Assembly: GCA_965221595.1 (NCBI GenBank)
Contig: OZ244900.1
Coordinates: 1,190,687 to 1,254,686 of the forward strand
Reading direction: 5' to 3'
From: Vicinamibacterales bacterium
Lineage (GTDB): Bacteria; Acidobacteriota; Vicinamibacteria; Vicinamibacterales; UBA8438
DNA length: 64,000 bases
Numbering within the stretch: the stretch's first letter is position 1; every line of letters starts with the position of its first letter. Made by a program: the position numbers and the translations under genes. The notes beneath the pieces are model-generated. The model searched no databases and had not been told where the DNA came from. It saw only the letters and a list, made by a program, of their open reading frames with translations. Of this stretch, positions 1 through 9,581 are shown in pieces.

Positions 1-372
1 GGCGACGCCGTCGATGGACGTAACCGGCGCACCTTCCTGTCCCGGCTCCGGGATGAGGTCGCGGCCGGGCTCCTGCCGGGGCTCGTCGCTGAGCACCGAC
101 GTGACGAAGATCAGGTCGTCCCAGACGATGGGCGAGCTCCAGCCCTGCCCCGCAATCTCCACGTTCCAGACGACGTTCTCGGTCCGGCTCCACGTCTCGG
201 GCAGCGCCGGGTCGTCGGCGACCGCGCCGGCGTGCAAGCCCCTGAACCGCGGCCAGTTGTCGCCGGAGTCCGCCGTCTGGCCTGACGCGCCCGCAGCGGC
301 CAGCGTGACGAGCAGCCACCCGGCCGCGGCGAGCCGGGAGAGTTGCCGGCAGGGGATTGCATTCGACCGCAC
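1..372 (-). CDS. PQQ-like (BamB-type) beta-propeller repeat protein, N-terminal part; the gene runs off the window start
   Basis: Absent from the ORF track because it is open at the window edge. Reverse-strand translation from GTG at 372 gives VRSNAIPCRQLSRLAAAGWLLVTLAAAGASGQTADSGDNWPRFRG...ETWSRTENVVWNVEIAGQGWSSPIVWDDLIFVTS. This is a signal peptide followed by the NWPxFRG / GWSSPIV / IFVTS pattern of secreted PQQ-like propeller proteins. Confidence 0.55.
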   Translation of the reverse strand, partial: MRSNAIPCRQLSRLAAAGWLLVTLAAAGASGQTADSGDNWPRFRGLHAGAVADDPALPETWSRTENVVWNVEIAGQGWSSPIVWDDLIFVTSVLSDEPRQEPGRDLIPEPGQEGAPVTSIDGVA

Positions 373-455
373 GGGCGCCTCCTGGAAGAGAGAAGAGCAG
401 GCAGTGCCGTAGAATAGGCTCCGGTCGGATCGGCGTCAAGGACCGGGAGGACACG

Positions 456-1451
456 ATGAGAATCGTCAGCGCGATCGCTTTTGCGGCAATCCTGGGCGCC
501 GCCGGCTGTGCCGGCGAGCCGGAGCCTGCGGCGCCCGCGGCCGAGCCGGCGGAGGTGGCCGAGTCGCGGGCTTTGGAGGTGGCGGCCACCGTCGCGTTCA
601 CCGAGGGGCCCACCGTCCACGAGGACGGGTCGGTCTACTTCACCGACATCACCAACAACCGCATCTTGCGCATGGCGCCCGACGGCGAGGTGACGACGTT
701 CCGGCAGCCGAGCAACCGGGCGAACGGCCTCATCTTCGACGATCAGTGGCGGCTGCTCGCGTGCGAGGGGAACGACGGTGCCACCGCGGACGCGCGCATC
801 ACCCGCACCGACCTCGAGACGGGCGAGGTCGAGGTGCTCGCCGACCGCTACGAAGGCAGGCTGTTCCACCGGCCCAACGACCTCACGATTGACGGCAGCG
901 GCCGAATCTACTTCACCGACCGGCCCGAGCCGGAGCACGGCGACGAGTACATCGGCGTCCACGGCGTGTACCGCATCGATCCCGACGGATCGATCGAGCG
1001 CATCCTGACCGAGCCGGAGGTCGTGCGGCCGAACGGCATCGTCGTCTCGCCCGACGACGCCACGCTGTACGTCATCGAGACGCAGCAGCGCGAGGGCGGC
1101 GCGCGGCTGATTCGCGCGTTCGACCTGGCTGCGGACGGCACGGCCGGCAACATGCGCGTCTTCCACGACTTCTATCCGGGGCGCAGCGGCGACGGGATGA
1201 CCATCGACAGCGAGGGCAACCTGTACGTGGCGGCCGGCCTCAACCGGCTGCGCGGCACGAGCGAGACGCTGGACACACCGGCAGGTGTCCACGTCTTCGC
1301 GCCCGACGGCGAGTTGCTCGAGCTGATTCGGGTGCCGGAGGACTCGATAACGAACGTCGCGTTCGGCGGCCCGGACCTGCGGACGCTCTACATCACCGCC
1401 GGCAAGACGCTCTTTCGGGTCAGGACCGACATCACGGGCACGCGGCGGTAG
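456..1451 (+). CDS. SMP-30/gluconolactonase/LRE family lipoprotein
   Basis: ATG at 456 preceded by GGGAGG (445-450). N-terminus MRIVSAIAFAAILGAAGC has a lipobox. Body has TEGPTVHEDGSVYFTDITNNRILR...PNGIVVSPDD...LYVAAG...ITNVAFGGPDLRTLYIT, typical six-blade SGL propeller motifs. Confidence 0.85.
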   Translation: MRIVSAIAFAAILGAAGCAGEPEPAAPAAEPAEVAESRALEVAATVAFTEGPTVHEDGSVYFTDITNNRILRMAPDGEVTTFRQPSNRANGLIFDDQWRLLACEGNDGATADARITRTDLETGEVEVLADRYEGRLFHRPNDLTIDGSGRIYFTDRPEPEHGDEYIGVHGVYRIDPDGSIERILTEPEVVRPNGIVVSPDDATLYVIETQQREGGARLIRAFDLAADGTAGNMRVFHDFYPGRSGDGMTIDSEGNLYVAAGLNRLRGTSETLDTPAGVHVFAPDGELLELIRVPEDSITNVAFGGPDLRTLYITAGKTLFRVRTDITGTRR

Positions 1452-1465
1452 CCGTCAGACGCGAC

Positions 1466-2347
1466 TCATCGCACCGTCACCGTCACGTCCTCGTTCGTGA
1501 TGAGGCCCCCGTCGTGGGCCATCACGCGCAGAACGTAGCTGCCGGGCGCCGCGAATGTGGCCGTCACCGGGAACCTGCCGTCCGCCGGCACCGGCGGCGG
1601 CGCCCAGCCCGGCGACCAGGGCGAGTTGCCGCGATAGTCGGTGTACACCTTGAACTGCTCGGGCTCGAACGACACCTCGTCGCCGGCGCCGCGGTAGACG
1701 AACCACGCCACACGCAGCCCCCAGGCGTTGTAGTTGACCGGCGTGCGCGGTGCGGCCGGCTTCGGCTCGGGGACGCCGTCGTCGCTCGCGACGGCGGTCA
1801 GCGACAGCGGCTCGCCTACGCGCACCGAGCGCGCGGCGGCGCCCTCGACGCGCACCGTCGGCGGCCGGTTCTGCCGCTCGATGGCCCGTACGCCGAGCCC
1901 CCCGATGTCCTTCATTCGCAACAGGTCGTCGATGACGTAGTCGGGCCGCAGGCTGGCGTACGCCTTCTCGGTCTTCCCGTGCGCGGTCAGGGTCCACACG
2001 ACTTCCCGCTCGCCGAAGTCGTGCGGCACCTGCACCCGGAAGACGTAGCGGTTGCGCCGCGGGAGGAAGTACGTCGGCTGGCCCTGGTCCACCGGCCCCG
2101 GCTCCAGCCGGTTGTCGGGACCGACGGGAATGTGGAGCATCTCGTCCATGTTGCGGTTCATGTACCCGAACACCAGGTTGAACGTGCCGTCCGGGTTCTG
2201 CTCCCAGCCCTCGAAGGCCGGCGCGACGTTCTGGCCGCGCGAGTAGATGATGGTCTGGCCGCTGGCCGCGGTCAGGCCGGCCAGGCACACTACCGCGACG
2301 CACGCCGCGGCCCGCGTACACTGCTGCTTGTTGCGCGTCGTCCGCAT
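1466..2347 (-). CDS. hypothetical exported protein
   Basis: Start taken at MRTTRNKQQCTRAAACVAVVCLAGLTAASGQ (signal peptide), 4 nt after the stop of the upstream gene, so likely translationally coupled. Coding-like composition; I recognise no family. Confidence 0.55.
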   Translation of the reverse strand: MRTTRNKQQCTRAAACVAVVCLAGLTAASGQTIIYSRGQNVAPAFEGWEQNPDGTFNLVFGYMNRNMDEMLHIPVGPDNRLEPGPVDQGQPTYFLPRRNRYVFRVQVPHDFGEREVVWTLTAHGKTEKAYASLRPDYVIDDLLRMKDIGGLGVRAIERQNRPPTVRVEGAAARSVRVGEPLSLTAVASDDGVPEPKPAAPRTPVNYNAWGLRVAWFVYRGAGDEVSFEPEQFKVYTDYRGNSPWSPGWAPPPVPADGRFPVTATFAAPGSYVLRVMAHDGGLITNEDVTVTVR

Positions 2348-2351
2348 GGCG

Positions 2352-3788
2352 CTACTGCTGGTCCTGCGAGGTTGCGAAGGCCTGCCGGCCACCGCGCGCC
2401 GCCACTTCGGCCTCGAACTGCTCCTCGGTCAGGTAGACCATGCGCGGCAGGTGGTAGAGCATGTCGTCGATCGACCGGTTGCCCCAGCCCTTCCAGTTGC
2501 GCGGGTCGAGCACGCGCGGGTTGCTGGGCGAGTTGTCGTACCACGCCAGCAGGTGCAGTACGGTGCCGGCCGGCAGCAGCGGTGCCGCGTCGTCCTCGTA
2601 GACGTAGACCTTCACCCAGTTGTGGTTGTAGTCCGCGCAGTTGAGCATCTCGCGCGCGTTGTTCGGGTAGATGGCCTCGATGCACATCCGCTTCCCGCTG
2701 GAGTGCAGGTGCGGTTCGAACGTCATCATGATGGCCGGGCGGTCGAGCCGGTGAAAGCCGTCGCGCATGATGTCGTCCTCGCCGGCCGGGATGTCGAGCT
2801 CCAGGTCGAAGGCGCCGGACTGGGCGCCGAACCCCTGCAGGTACTTGGGCTCGTAGCCCCGGGGATGCAGCTTGAACGCCGTGTCGACGCGCACCCGCAC
2901 CTCGCGGCCCACCGAGTGGTAGTGCATCCGGTCGTAGGTCAGCACCGAGTCGGCCGGCAGCCGGATGCCGACCCAGTCGGGGAAGTACGTCGCGTTCTGG
3001 CCGAGCTCGTGCGTGATGTTGAAGTTGCCCATCTGGCCGATGGCGCCGGCCTGGTCGTCCTGCTGTTCCGTCACGGCGGCGATTACCGCGTGGTGGACGA
3101 CGAACAGGTTCAGCTCGGCGCGGCCGGTGTCCCCGGCGGCGGCGTCCGCTGTCGTGGCGGCGGCCGGCTGGATCTCCAGTCCGTCGTCGTCCAGGAGTAC
3201 CTCCTTCACCTCGACGGCCTGCACGTAGCGGTCCTCGGTCAGCCCGGTCGGCGACGGCGGGTTGATGCCGCCGAACCAGTCGGCCGCCACCGCTGCGACC
3301 GTTGCCACCGGCGACTCGACCACCAGGTCGGGCTCGCCGATGGTCCAGCGGCCGGCCGGCCAGCGCCGCGGCGGCGGCAGGTCGGCGGGGTTGCCCCGGG
3401 GGGCGCCCGCGTCGACCCAGCCTCCGATCAACGCAATCTCGTCGTCGGTCAACGACGGGTCGTCCTTGAAGGCCTGGATGCCGATGTTCTTGTCGACGAA
3501 CCAGGGCGGCATCTCGCGCGCCAGCGTGCGCTGCCGGATGGAGCGCGCCCAGGGGCGCACGTCCTGGTAGCTGATGAGCGACATCGGCGCTCCGCCCCCG
3601 GGGCGGTGGCAGCTCTCGCACGACCGCTGCAGGATCGGCGCGATGTCCTTCGTGAACGTTACTTCGTGCTCCGCCTGCGCCGCGGCACCTGCCGGCGCCG
3701 CCACGATCAGGGCGGCCCAAACTCCGGCGGCCCAAACCGCCGCAACCCGCGCGCTCCGCCGCCGATCGATTCCAGCCTCTGTGGTCAT
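2352..3788 (-). CDS. exported CxxCH haem-motif protein with a copper-monooxygenase-like C-terminal half
   Basis: Signal peptide VAAVWAAGVWAALIVAAPAGAAAQA, then VTFTKDIAPILQRSCESCHRPGGGAPMSLISYQDVRPWARSIRQRTLAREMPPWFVD (CxxCH). The C-terminal part has His-rich strands (MHYHSVGREV, FEPHLHSSGKRMC). Start is uncertain (GTG 3821, ATG 3797 or ATG 3788). Confidence 0.5.
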   Translation of the reverse strand: MTTEAGIDRRRSARVAAVWAAGVWAALIVAAPAGAAAQAEHEVTFTKDIAPILQRSCESCHRPGGGAPMSLISYQDVRPWARSIRQRTLAREMPPWFVDKNIGIQAFKDDPSLTDDEIALIGGWVDAGAPRGNPADLPPPRRWPAGRWTIGEPDLVVESPVATVAAVAADWFGGINPPSPTGLTEDRYVQAVEVKEVLLDDDGLEIQPAAATTADAAAGDTGRAELNLFVVHHAVIAAVTEQQDDQAGAIGQMGNFNITHELGQNATYFPDWVGIRLPADSVLTYDRMHYHSVGREVRVRVDTAFKLHPRGYEPKYLQGFGAQSGAFDLELDIPAGEDDIMRDGFHRLDRPAIMMTFEPHLHSSGKRMCIEAIYPNNAREMLNCADYNHNWVKVYVYEDDAAPLLPAGTVLHLLAWYDNSPSNPRVLDPRNWKGWGNRSIDDMLYHLPRMVYLTEEQFEAEVAARGGRQAFATSQDQQ

Positions 3789-3992
3789 CGCTGCCATCTC
3801 CCTGGCTCCGCCTGCCGTCACTCAGGCCGGGTCTAGCCCCGAACCTCCGGCGGCATGCGCCGTACCTGCCGCGCCCGCTATTCTACCGCGCTGCGCGGGC
3901 CCACTGCGAGCCGGCCGCGGCCGGCCCCGCATTGAGCCCGGTGCGCGGGCGGTGATACGCTGGGCACTGCTCCAACCGCAGGAGGATGCCCG

Positions 3993-5774
3993 ATGGCAAT
4001 CGACAAGTGGGACGAGGAAGGGAAGTTCTGGGAAGCCGATCACGGTCTGCTCGACGAGGCGCAGATCGCCAAGCTGGCACGGGCCGACGAGTCCGAACCG
4101 CTGCGGTCGCCGATACCGACGCGCATGATCTCCAACGGCGAGTACATGCCGGTCCCGCAGACGGACGACCAGCGGCGGGTCGAGGCGCGCATCGGCGAGC
4201 TCGCCGACTCGGCCAGCCGCAAGCTCGGCGTCGACCGGCGAACGTTCCTGGCGTCCAGCGGCGGCATGGCCGCGGCGCTCATCGCGATGAACGAGGTGTT
4301 CGGCCGCTTCTTCGACGTCGACCCCGTGGAGATGTTCGAGCCGGCCGCCTACGCCCAGGCCGGCGCGCCCCGCGACCTGTTCGTCTTCGATGACCAGTTG
4401 CACCTGGTCCGCGGATCGAATACGAGCAGCGGGCACGCCCTGCGCGCGGCGGCCCAGGGCCCGACGGCCGGCGACCGGTACGCTCCCGCGCCCGGACGCG
4501 GCGTCGACGAGGGGGGCGCGGCATGGCGCCCGTGGAACCCCGACCTCGTCGGCCTGCCGATGACGCCGTCGAACTTCCAGCTCGTGCAGTTCATCAAGGA
4601 CGTCTACCTCGACAGCCAGGTGACGATCGGCCTGCTGAGCAACGTCACCGCGTTCTCGGCGACGCCGGTGGGGCAGCGGGGCGACCCCGGCATCACGAAC
4701 CGACCGCCGCGCAACTACCGGGAGGCGGAGGCGGCCGAGACCATCACGGCCGCACAGACTGCCGCGGCGCGCAACTTCGTCAACGAGATCTCGGGCTCGC
4801 GCCGGATGATGGCCCACGGCATGCTGTACGTCGGGCGCGGCAACCTCGAGTGGATCCAGCAGCAGATCGACGAGAACCACCCCGATTCCTGGAAGGGCTA
4901 CAACATCTCGAACGCCGCCAAGGTCGACGAGGACCCGAACAGCCTGATGCGGCGCTGGCGGCACGATGACGAGGACGTCGCGTATCCGACGTTCGAACTG
5001 ATCCAGAACGTCTACGACCGCATCCGGGACGAGTATCCGGGCTTCAACAACATCTGCGTCCACAAGGGGCTGGCGCCCGGACCGCCCGACCCGTTGCTGG
5101 GCCATCCGGCCGACCTGCCGAAGGCGGCGCAGGACTGGCCGGGTCTCAAGTTCGTCACGTACCACGCCTGCATCCAGCAGACGACCTGGCACGCGGACTC
5201 GCTGCAGACCATCCGCTCGCGCACGCTGCGCGACGGGGTGCCCGACATCAAGTGGACCACCGAATATGCCCAGCTCGTGGCGCCCTACGCGAACTGCATC
5301 GCCGAGATCGGCACCACCTGGGCCTCGTCCATCGTGACCTTCCCCACAGTGGCGGCGCACATCATGGGGCAGCTCATGCGCTACCTGGGCGAGGACCGCA
5401 TCGTGTTCGGTTCCGACTGCGTCTGGTACGGTTCGCCGCAGTGGCAGATCGATGCGCTCTGGCGCTTCCAGATCCCTGAGCAGTTGCGCGAGGAATTCGG
5501 CTATCCGGAACTGACCGACACGGCGAAGCGCAAGATCCTCGGCCTCAACTCGGCGCAGCTGTACGGCATCACGCCGGTCGAGGGCGCCGAAAAGGACCGC
5601 ATCTACCGACCGGTGCCCGCGGACTACGAGGACCGCATCTCGGACGAGCTGAAGACCATCATGGAGTTCCCGGGCTACACGGCGGACAACATGTCGAAGC
5701 TCAAGGACAAGTACGCGGAGCTCGGTCCGGCGCCGAGCAATACGCGCTACGGCTGGATACGGACGAAGGTCTAG
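3993..5774 (+). CDS. amidohydrolase-family (TIM-barrel metal hydrolase) protein
   Basis: 593 aa, AGGAGGA 7 nt upstream of the ATG. Has an internal Tat-like RRTFLASSGGMAAALIA. Metal-ligand-like motifs FVFDDQLHLV, VTYHACI, VFGSDCVWYGSPQWQID. Confidence 0.65.
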   Translation: MAIDKWDEEGKFWEADHGLLDEAQIAKLARADESEPLRSPIPTRMISNGEYMPVPQTDDQRRVEARIGELADSASRKLGVDRRTFLASSGGMAAALIAMNEVFGRFFDVDPVEMFEPAAYAQAGAPRDLFVFDDQLHLVRGSNTSSGHALRAAAQGPTAGDRYAPAPGRGVDEGGAAWRPWNPDLVGLPMTPSNFQLVQFIKDVYLDSQVTIGLLSNVTAFSATPVGQRGDPGITNRPPRNYREAEAAETITAAQTAAARNFVNEISGSRRMMAHGMLYVGRGNLEWIQQQIDENHPDSWKGYNISNAAKVDEDPNSLMRRWRHDDEDVAYPTFELIQNVYDRIRDEYPGFNNICVHKGLAPGPPDPLLGHPADLPKAAQDWPGLKFVTYHACIQQTTWHADSLQTIRSRTLRDGVPDIKWTTEYAQLVAPYANCIAEIGTTWASSIVTFPTVAAHIMGQLMRYLGEDRIVFGSDCVWYGSPQWQIDALWRFQIPEQLREEFGYPELTDTAKRKILGLNSAQLYGITPVEGAEKDRIYRPVPADYEDRISDELKTIMEFPGYTADNMSKLKDKYAELGPAPSNTRYGWIRTKV

Positions 5775-5796
5775 CCCCCGTCGGGACGGAGATCGG

Positions 5797-6789
5797 ATGC
5801 CCGCGGAGTGGTCGGCCATCGGCGCCGGCCTGTTCTGTCCGGTCGCGGTCTCGCCGGCACCGGGCCGCGTCGTGCTGCTTGCCAGGACCGCCGGAGGCGA
5901 GCTGGTGCGGCGCGAGCGGTCGCCGGACCGCGGCTGGGCGAGGGCTCGCTCGTTGGGCGTCCCGACGGCCCGCAGCGCCGGCGGCGGCATGGACGTGCCG
6001 GTCGACTGGCAGGTGGCGGCCTGCGGAGCGGGACCCGCCGGGGACGCCGCGCAGGACCTGGAGCTGGAGATCGTTGCCCGCAGCCCCGACGGGGACCTCC
6101 TGCATGGGCGGCAGCGCGGTGCCGGCCGCGCCCGCTTCGAGTGTCTGGGTGCGCCGGCCGCCGTGGCGGGCGGGCGCGCCATCCCGATGGGTATCGTGAG
6201 CCCGCCGGCCGTGTGCCGGGGCGCGTCCGACCGGCTCGACGTCTTTGCGGTAGGACCGGGCGGCGAGTTGCTGCACGCCGCGCGGCGCGCCGGGGCGTGG
6301 GAGCCGTTCGATGCGCTGGGCGCGCCGGCGGGGACGCCCCGGAGCGAGGCAGTCGCCGCCTGCTGTTGCGGGTCCGCGCGCATCGCCGTGTTCCGCCGGG
6401 GCGGTGCCGGCGAGCTGCTGCTCAAGTGGTGGGACGGCGCCGCGTGGAGCGGGTATGCGTCGCTCGGCGTGCCGCAGGCGCCGGATCCGTCGTATCCGGC
6501 CGTGCTGGCGCCGGCGCCGCTGAGCGGCCCGCCGGCGGCATGTAGTTGGGGGCCGTCCCGGCTCGACGTGTTCGCTCGCGGCGCCGAGGGCGACCTCGTT
6601 CACACCTGGTGGGACGGCACCGAGTGGAGCAGCTTCGAATCGCGCGGCCTGCCGGTGTCGAACGACCGGGCGGTACCGCTGACCGGCGTCGTCAGCGCCT
6701 GCAGTGCGGGAGAAGGGACATGCGACATCCTGGCCGGCGCGATCGACGGCCGCCTCTATCACGCAGTCTGGAGTAGAGATGCCCAGTAG
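5797..6789 (+). CDS. beta-propeller repeat protein (DUF346 / PLL-tectonin lectin-like repeats)
   Basis: 330 aa with about 6 repeats of the pattern LDVFAxGxxGELxHxxxxxxxWxxxxSLG (for example RLDVFAVGPGGELLHAARRAGAWEPFDALG, RLDVFARGAEGDLVHTWWDGTEWSSFESRG). No signal peptide. Confidence 0.6.
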   Translation: MPAEWSAIGAGLFCPVAVSPAPGRVVLLARTAGGELVRRERSPDRGWARARSLGVPTARSAGGGMDVPVDWQVAACGAGPAGDAAQDLELEIVARSPDGDLLHGRQRGAGRARFECLGAPAAVAGGRAIPMGIVSPPAVCRGASDRLDVFAVGPGGELLHAARRAGAWEPFDALGAPAGTPRSEAVAACCCGSARIAVFRRGGAGELLLKWWDGAAWSGYASLGVPQAPDPSYPAVLAPAPLSGPPAACSWGPSRLDVFARGAEGDLVHTWWDGTEWSSFESRGLPVSNDRAVPLTGVVSACSAGEGTCDILAGAIDGRLYHAVWSRDAQ

Positions 6790-8512
6790 ACGGAAGACCT
6801 CGACGATTCCCCGCGCAGCCGGTGCAGCCTGCCTCTGCCTGGCCCTCGCCGTGCCGCCCACCGTTGCCGTTGCACAGGAGAGCATGGCGTATCAGCCCGT
6901 CACCGACGCCGAGCTGCGGGATCCGCCGCCCGGCGACTGGCTGATGTACAGGCGCACCTACAACGGTTGGGGCTACAGCCCCCTCGACCAGATCACGACC
7001 GCGAACGTCGCCGACCTGCGTCCCGTGTGGGCGTTCGCAACCGGCCTGACCGAAGGGCACGAGTCGCCGCCCATCGTCAACGACGGCGCGATGTTCATCA
7101 CCACGCCGCAGAACAACGTGATTGCGCTCGACGCCCGCACCGGCGACATGAAGTGGCGCTACGTGCGGCGACTGCCGGAGGACCTGCTGCAGATTCACCC
7201 CACCAACCGGGGGGTGGCGCTGTACGGCGACAAGGTGTACATGGCGACGGTCGATTCGTTCGTCGTGGCGCTCGATGCCGAGACCGGCCGCGTCGTGTGG
7301 GAGTCGCCGGCGGGCGACTGGCGGATCGGCTACTACATGACCATGGCGCCGCTGACGGTCAACGGCAAGGTGCTGGTCGGGGTATCCGGCGGTGAGCTCG
7401 GCATCCGCGGCTTCGTTGCCGCGTTCGACGCGGAGACCGGCGCCGAGGTGTGGCGGACGCACACGGTGCCGGCGCCGGGCGAGCCGGGCAACGAGACCTG
7501 GCCGGGCGACACCTGGCAGACCGGGGCGACGCCCGTGTGGGTGACCGGCACCTACGACCCGGAGCTGAACCTGACGTACTGGGGCACCGGGAATGCCGGT
7601 CCCTGGATGGGCGACCAGCGGCCGGGCGACAACCTGTACGCCAACTCGGTGATCGCGCTCGACGCGGACAGCGGCGAGCTCGAGGGCTACCACCAGTACC
7701 ACTGGAACGGCTCGTGGGACTGGGACGAAGTGGCCCCGCCGCTGCTCATCGACATCGACCGGGGCGGACGCACGGCGAAGGGGCTCGTACACCCGGGCCG
7801 CAACGGCTACCTCTGGCTGCTGGAGCAGGAGGCGGATCGCATCGGGTTCATCGACGCCACGGCGTACGTCTACCAGAACGCGTTCACGAGCATCGATCCC
7901 GAGACGGGGCGCCCGCAGTACGACCCGGCGCACAAGCCGCGGACCGGAACGCGCTTGGACTTCTGTCCCTCGATCTGGGGCGGCAAGAACTGGCCGCCGG
8001 CCGCGTTCAGTCCGGTTACCGGCCTGCTGTACTTCTCCGCGAACGACAATCTGTGCGCCTTCATGAATACGCGTGAGGTGGAGTACACCCCCGGCCAGGT
8101 GTTCACGGGCGGATCGTCGCAGATGTACGTGCGGGAGGGTGCGGAGCACATCGGCGAGCTGCAGGCCTGGGACCTCGACGCCGGCGAGCAGGTGTGGACC
8201 CGCGAGTTCGAGTCGCACAACTGGGGCCCGGTGCTCACCACTGCCGGGGGGCTCGTGTTTGCCGGCGGCACCAACGACCGCTACTTCCGCGCGTTCGACG
8301 GGCGGACGGGCGAGACGCTCTGGGAGCAGCGCACCAGCACGGGCGTCATCGGCGTGCCGACGTCCTACCTGGTCGACGGCGTCCAGTACGTGGCTGTGCA
8401 GGCCGGCTGGGGGCTCGACGCCGCGCGGATGCAGAACGCGCTGGACCGCAGCCGCGGCGTCACGACATCCCTCCCCCAGGGTGGCGTGCTGTGGGTATTC
8501 GCCCTGCCGTAG
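6779..8512 (+). CDS. PQQ-dependent dehydrogenase, methanol/ethanol (quinoprotein ADH) family
   Basis: Start at MPSRRKTSTIPRAAGAACLCLALAVPPTVAVAQE (signal peptide). Eight-blade quinoprotein motifs are present: DWLMYRRTYNGWGYSPLDQI, GHESPPIVNDGAMFITTP, ALDAETGRVVWE, YDPELNLTYWGTGNAGPW, NSVIALDADSGEL, WDWDE, FRAFDGRTGETLWE. Confidence 0.85.
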   Translation: MPSRRKTSTIPRAAGAACLCLALAVPPTVAVAQESMAYQPVTDAELRDPPPGDWLMYRRTYNGWGYSPLDQITTANVADLRPVWAFATGLTEGHESPPIVNDGAMFITTPQNNVIALDARTGDMKWRYVRRLPEDLLQIHPTNRGVALYGDKVYMATVDSFVVALDAETGRVVWESPAGDWRIGYYMTMAPLTVNGKVLVGVSGGELGIRGFVAAFDAETGAEVWRTHTVPAPGEPGNETWPGDTWQTGATPVWVTGTYDPELNLTYWGTGNAGPWMGDQRPGDNLYANSVIALDADSGELEGYHQYHWNGSWDWDEVAPPLLIDIDRGGRTAKGLVHPGRNGYLWLLEQEADRIGFIDATAYVYQNAFTSIDPETGRPQYDPAHKPRTGTRLDFCPSIWGGKNWPPAAFSPVTGLLYFSANDNLCAFMNTREVEYTPGQVFTGGSSQMYVREGAEHIGELQAWDLDAGEQVWTREFESHNWGPVLTTAGGLVFAGGTNDRYFRAFDGRTGETLWEQRTSTGVIGVPTSYLVDGVQYVAVQAGWGLDAARMQNALDRSRGVTTSLPQGGVLWVFALP

Positions 8513-8555
8513 CCCGGTGGTTCTGGCGGCCACGAGTTGGAAGGAGGAACAGGTC

Positions 8556-9509
8556 ATGACCTGTCGATGTGCCCGTTGGTTCGGATGCGGCGTGCTGACG
8601 TTGGCCCTGTTGGTTGCGGTCCCTGCCGCCGGCGAGGCAGAGGTCTACCGGCTCTACTATCTCGGCGGGCAATCGAACATGGTCGGTGTGGCCAGCGTGG
8701 ACGAGCTGCCGGATTCCCTGCGCGGGCCGGTACCGGGCGTCATGATTTACGAAGGCGGGACGGGCCCCGACGGCGTGGCACCTGTCCAGGGGCGCGGGCA
8801 GTGGAAGGTGCTCGGGGAGGGTGCCGGTCCGACCTTCGGGCCCGAGATCAGTTTCGGGCAGGAGATCCTCGAACGACATCCTGACCAGAACATTGCGTTG
8901 CTCAAGGTCGCGCGCGGCGGCTCGGCGCTCGACGTGGAGGCGGCGTTCCAGTTCGGGTCGTGGGCTCATGACTACGACGGCGGTGAGGGCCCCGGTCGAG
9001 GCATCAACATCTACGACCACTTCCTGGCCGCGGTCCGCCACGCGACGGCGGTGAGGGACATCGATGGCGACGGCGTGGACGATACCCTGGTGCCCGCCGG
9101 CATCGTGTGGGTGCACGGCGGAACCGAGTCCGGCATGGGCAGCGAAGCTGCAGCGCGGCGCTACGGAGCCAATCTGACACAGTTCATGCATCTGGCGCGG
9201 GCGGCCCTGCGCGTGGACGACCTGCCGGTCGTGCTCAGCGCCGTGGGCGATTCCCGCCAGCCCGAAGTCGTCGCGCGACTCTTTGCCGGGCCCTACGGCT
9301 ACGAGCCCGGGGCCGACGGGAGCGTCTGGAAGCACGGGCCGATCGTCCTCGCCGGTCAACAGGCGTTCGTCGAGGGCGACGGGAACGCGGCGCTGGTGCG
9401 GTCCGAGGGGCTGTCGTACGAAGCCGACGCAATTCACTACAGCGCCGCAGGCCTGGTCGAAATAGGCCGCAGGCTCGCCGTCGCCATGGCCGGTTTGGAG
9501 CGCCGCTAG
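8556..9509 (+). CDS. sialate O-acetylesterase-like (DUF303/SGNH-type) carbohydrate esterase
   Basis: ATG at 8556 with GGAGGA upstream. Signal peptide, then YRLYYLGGQSNMVG (the GQSNM catalytic-serine block of the DUF303 family) and WVHGGTES. Confidence 0.65.
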   Translation: MTCRCARWFGCGVLTLALLVAVPAAGEAEVYRLYYLGGQSNMVGVASVDELPDSLRGPVPGVMIYEGGTGPDGVAPVQGRGQWKVLGEGAGPTFGPEISFGQEILERHPDQNIALLKVARGGSALDVEAAFQFGSWAHDYDGGEGPGRGINIYDHFLAAVRHATAVRDIDGDGVDDTLVPAGIVWVHGGTESGMGSEAAARRYGANLTQFMHLARAALRVDDLPVVLSAVGDSRQPEVVARLFAGPYGYEPGADGSVWKHGPIVLAGQQAFVEGDGNAALVRSEGLSYEADAIHYSAAGLVEIGRRLAVAMAGLERR

Positions 9510-9581
9510 CCCGTCAGGTGTCGCCCGGCGGCTCGGCGTCCGGCCCATACGCCCGACCCGGCCCGGAGCAGGCAACAACGG

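Noticed and set aside
111-1292. 393-aa minus-strand ORF at the window start
   Set aside because: It is antisense to the gluconolactonase-family gene. The real minus-strand gene at the window edge is in a different frame (1..372).
3822-6425. 867-aa minus-strand ORF
   Set aside because: It is antisense to the well-supported amidohydrolase and propeller genes. Its composition is Arg/Ala/Pro/Gly-rich with low complexity and no motifs. This is a typical high-GC shadow ORF.
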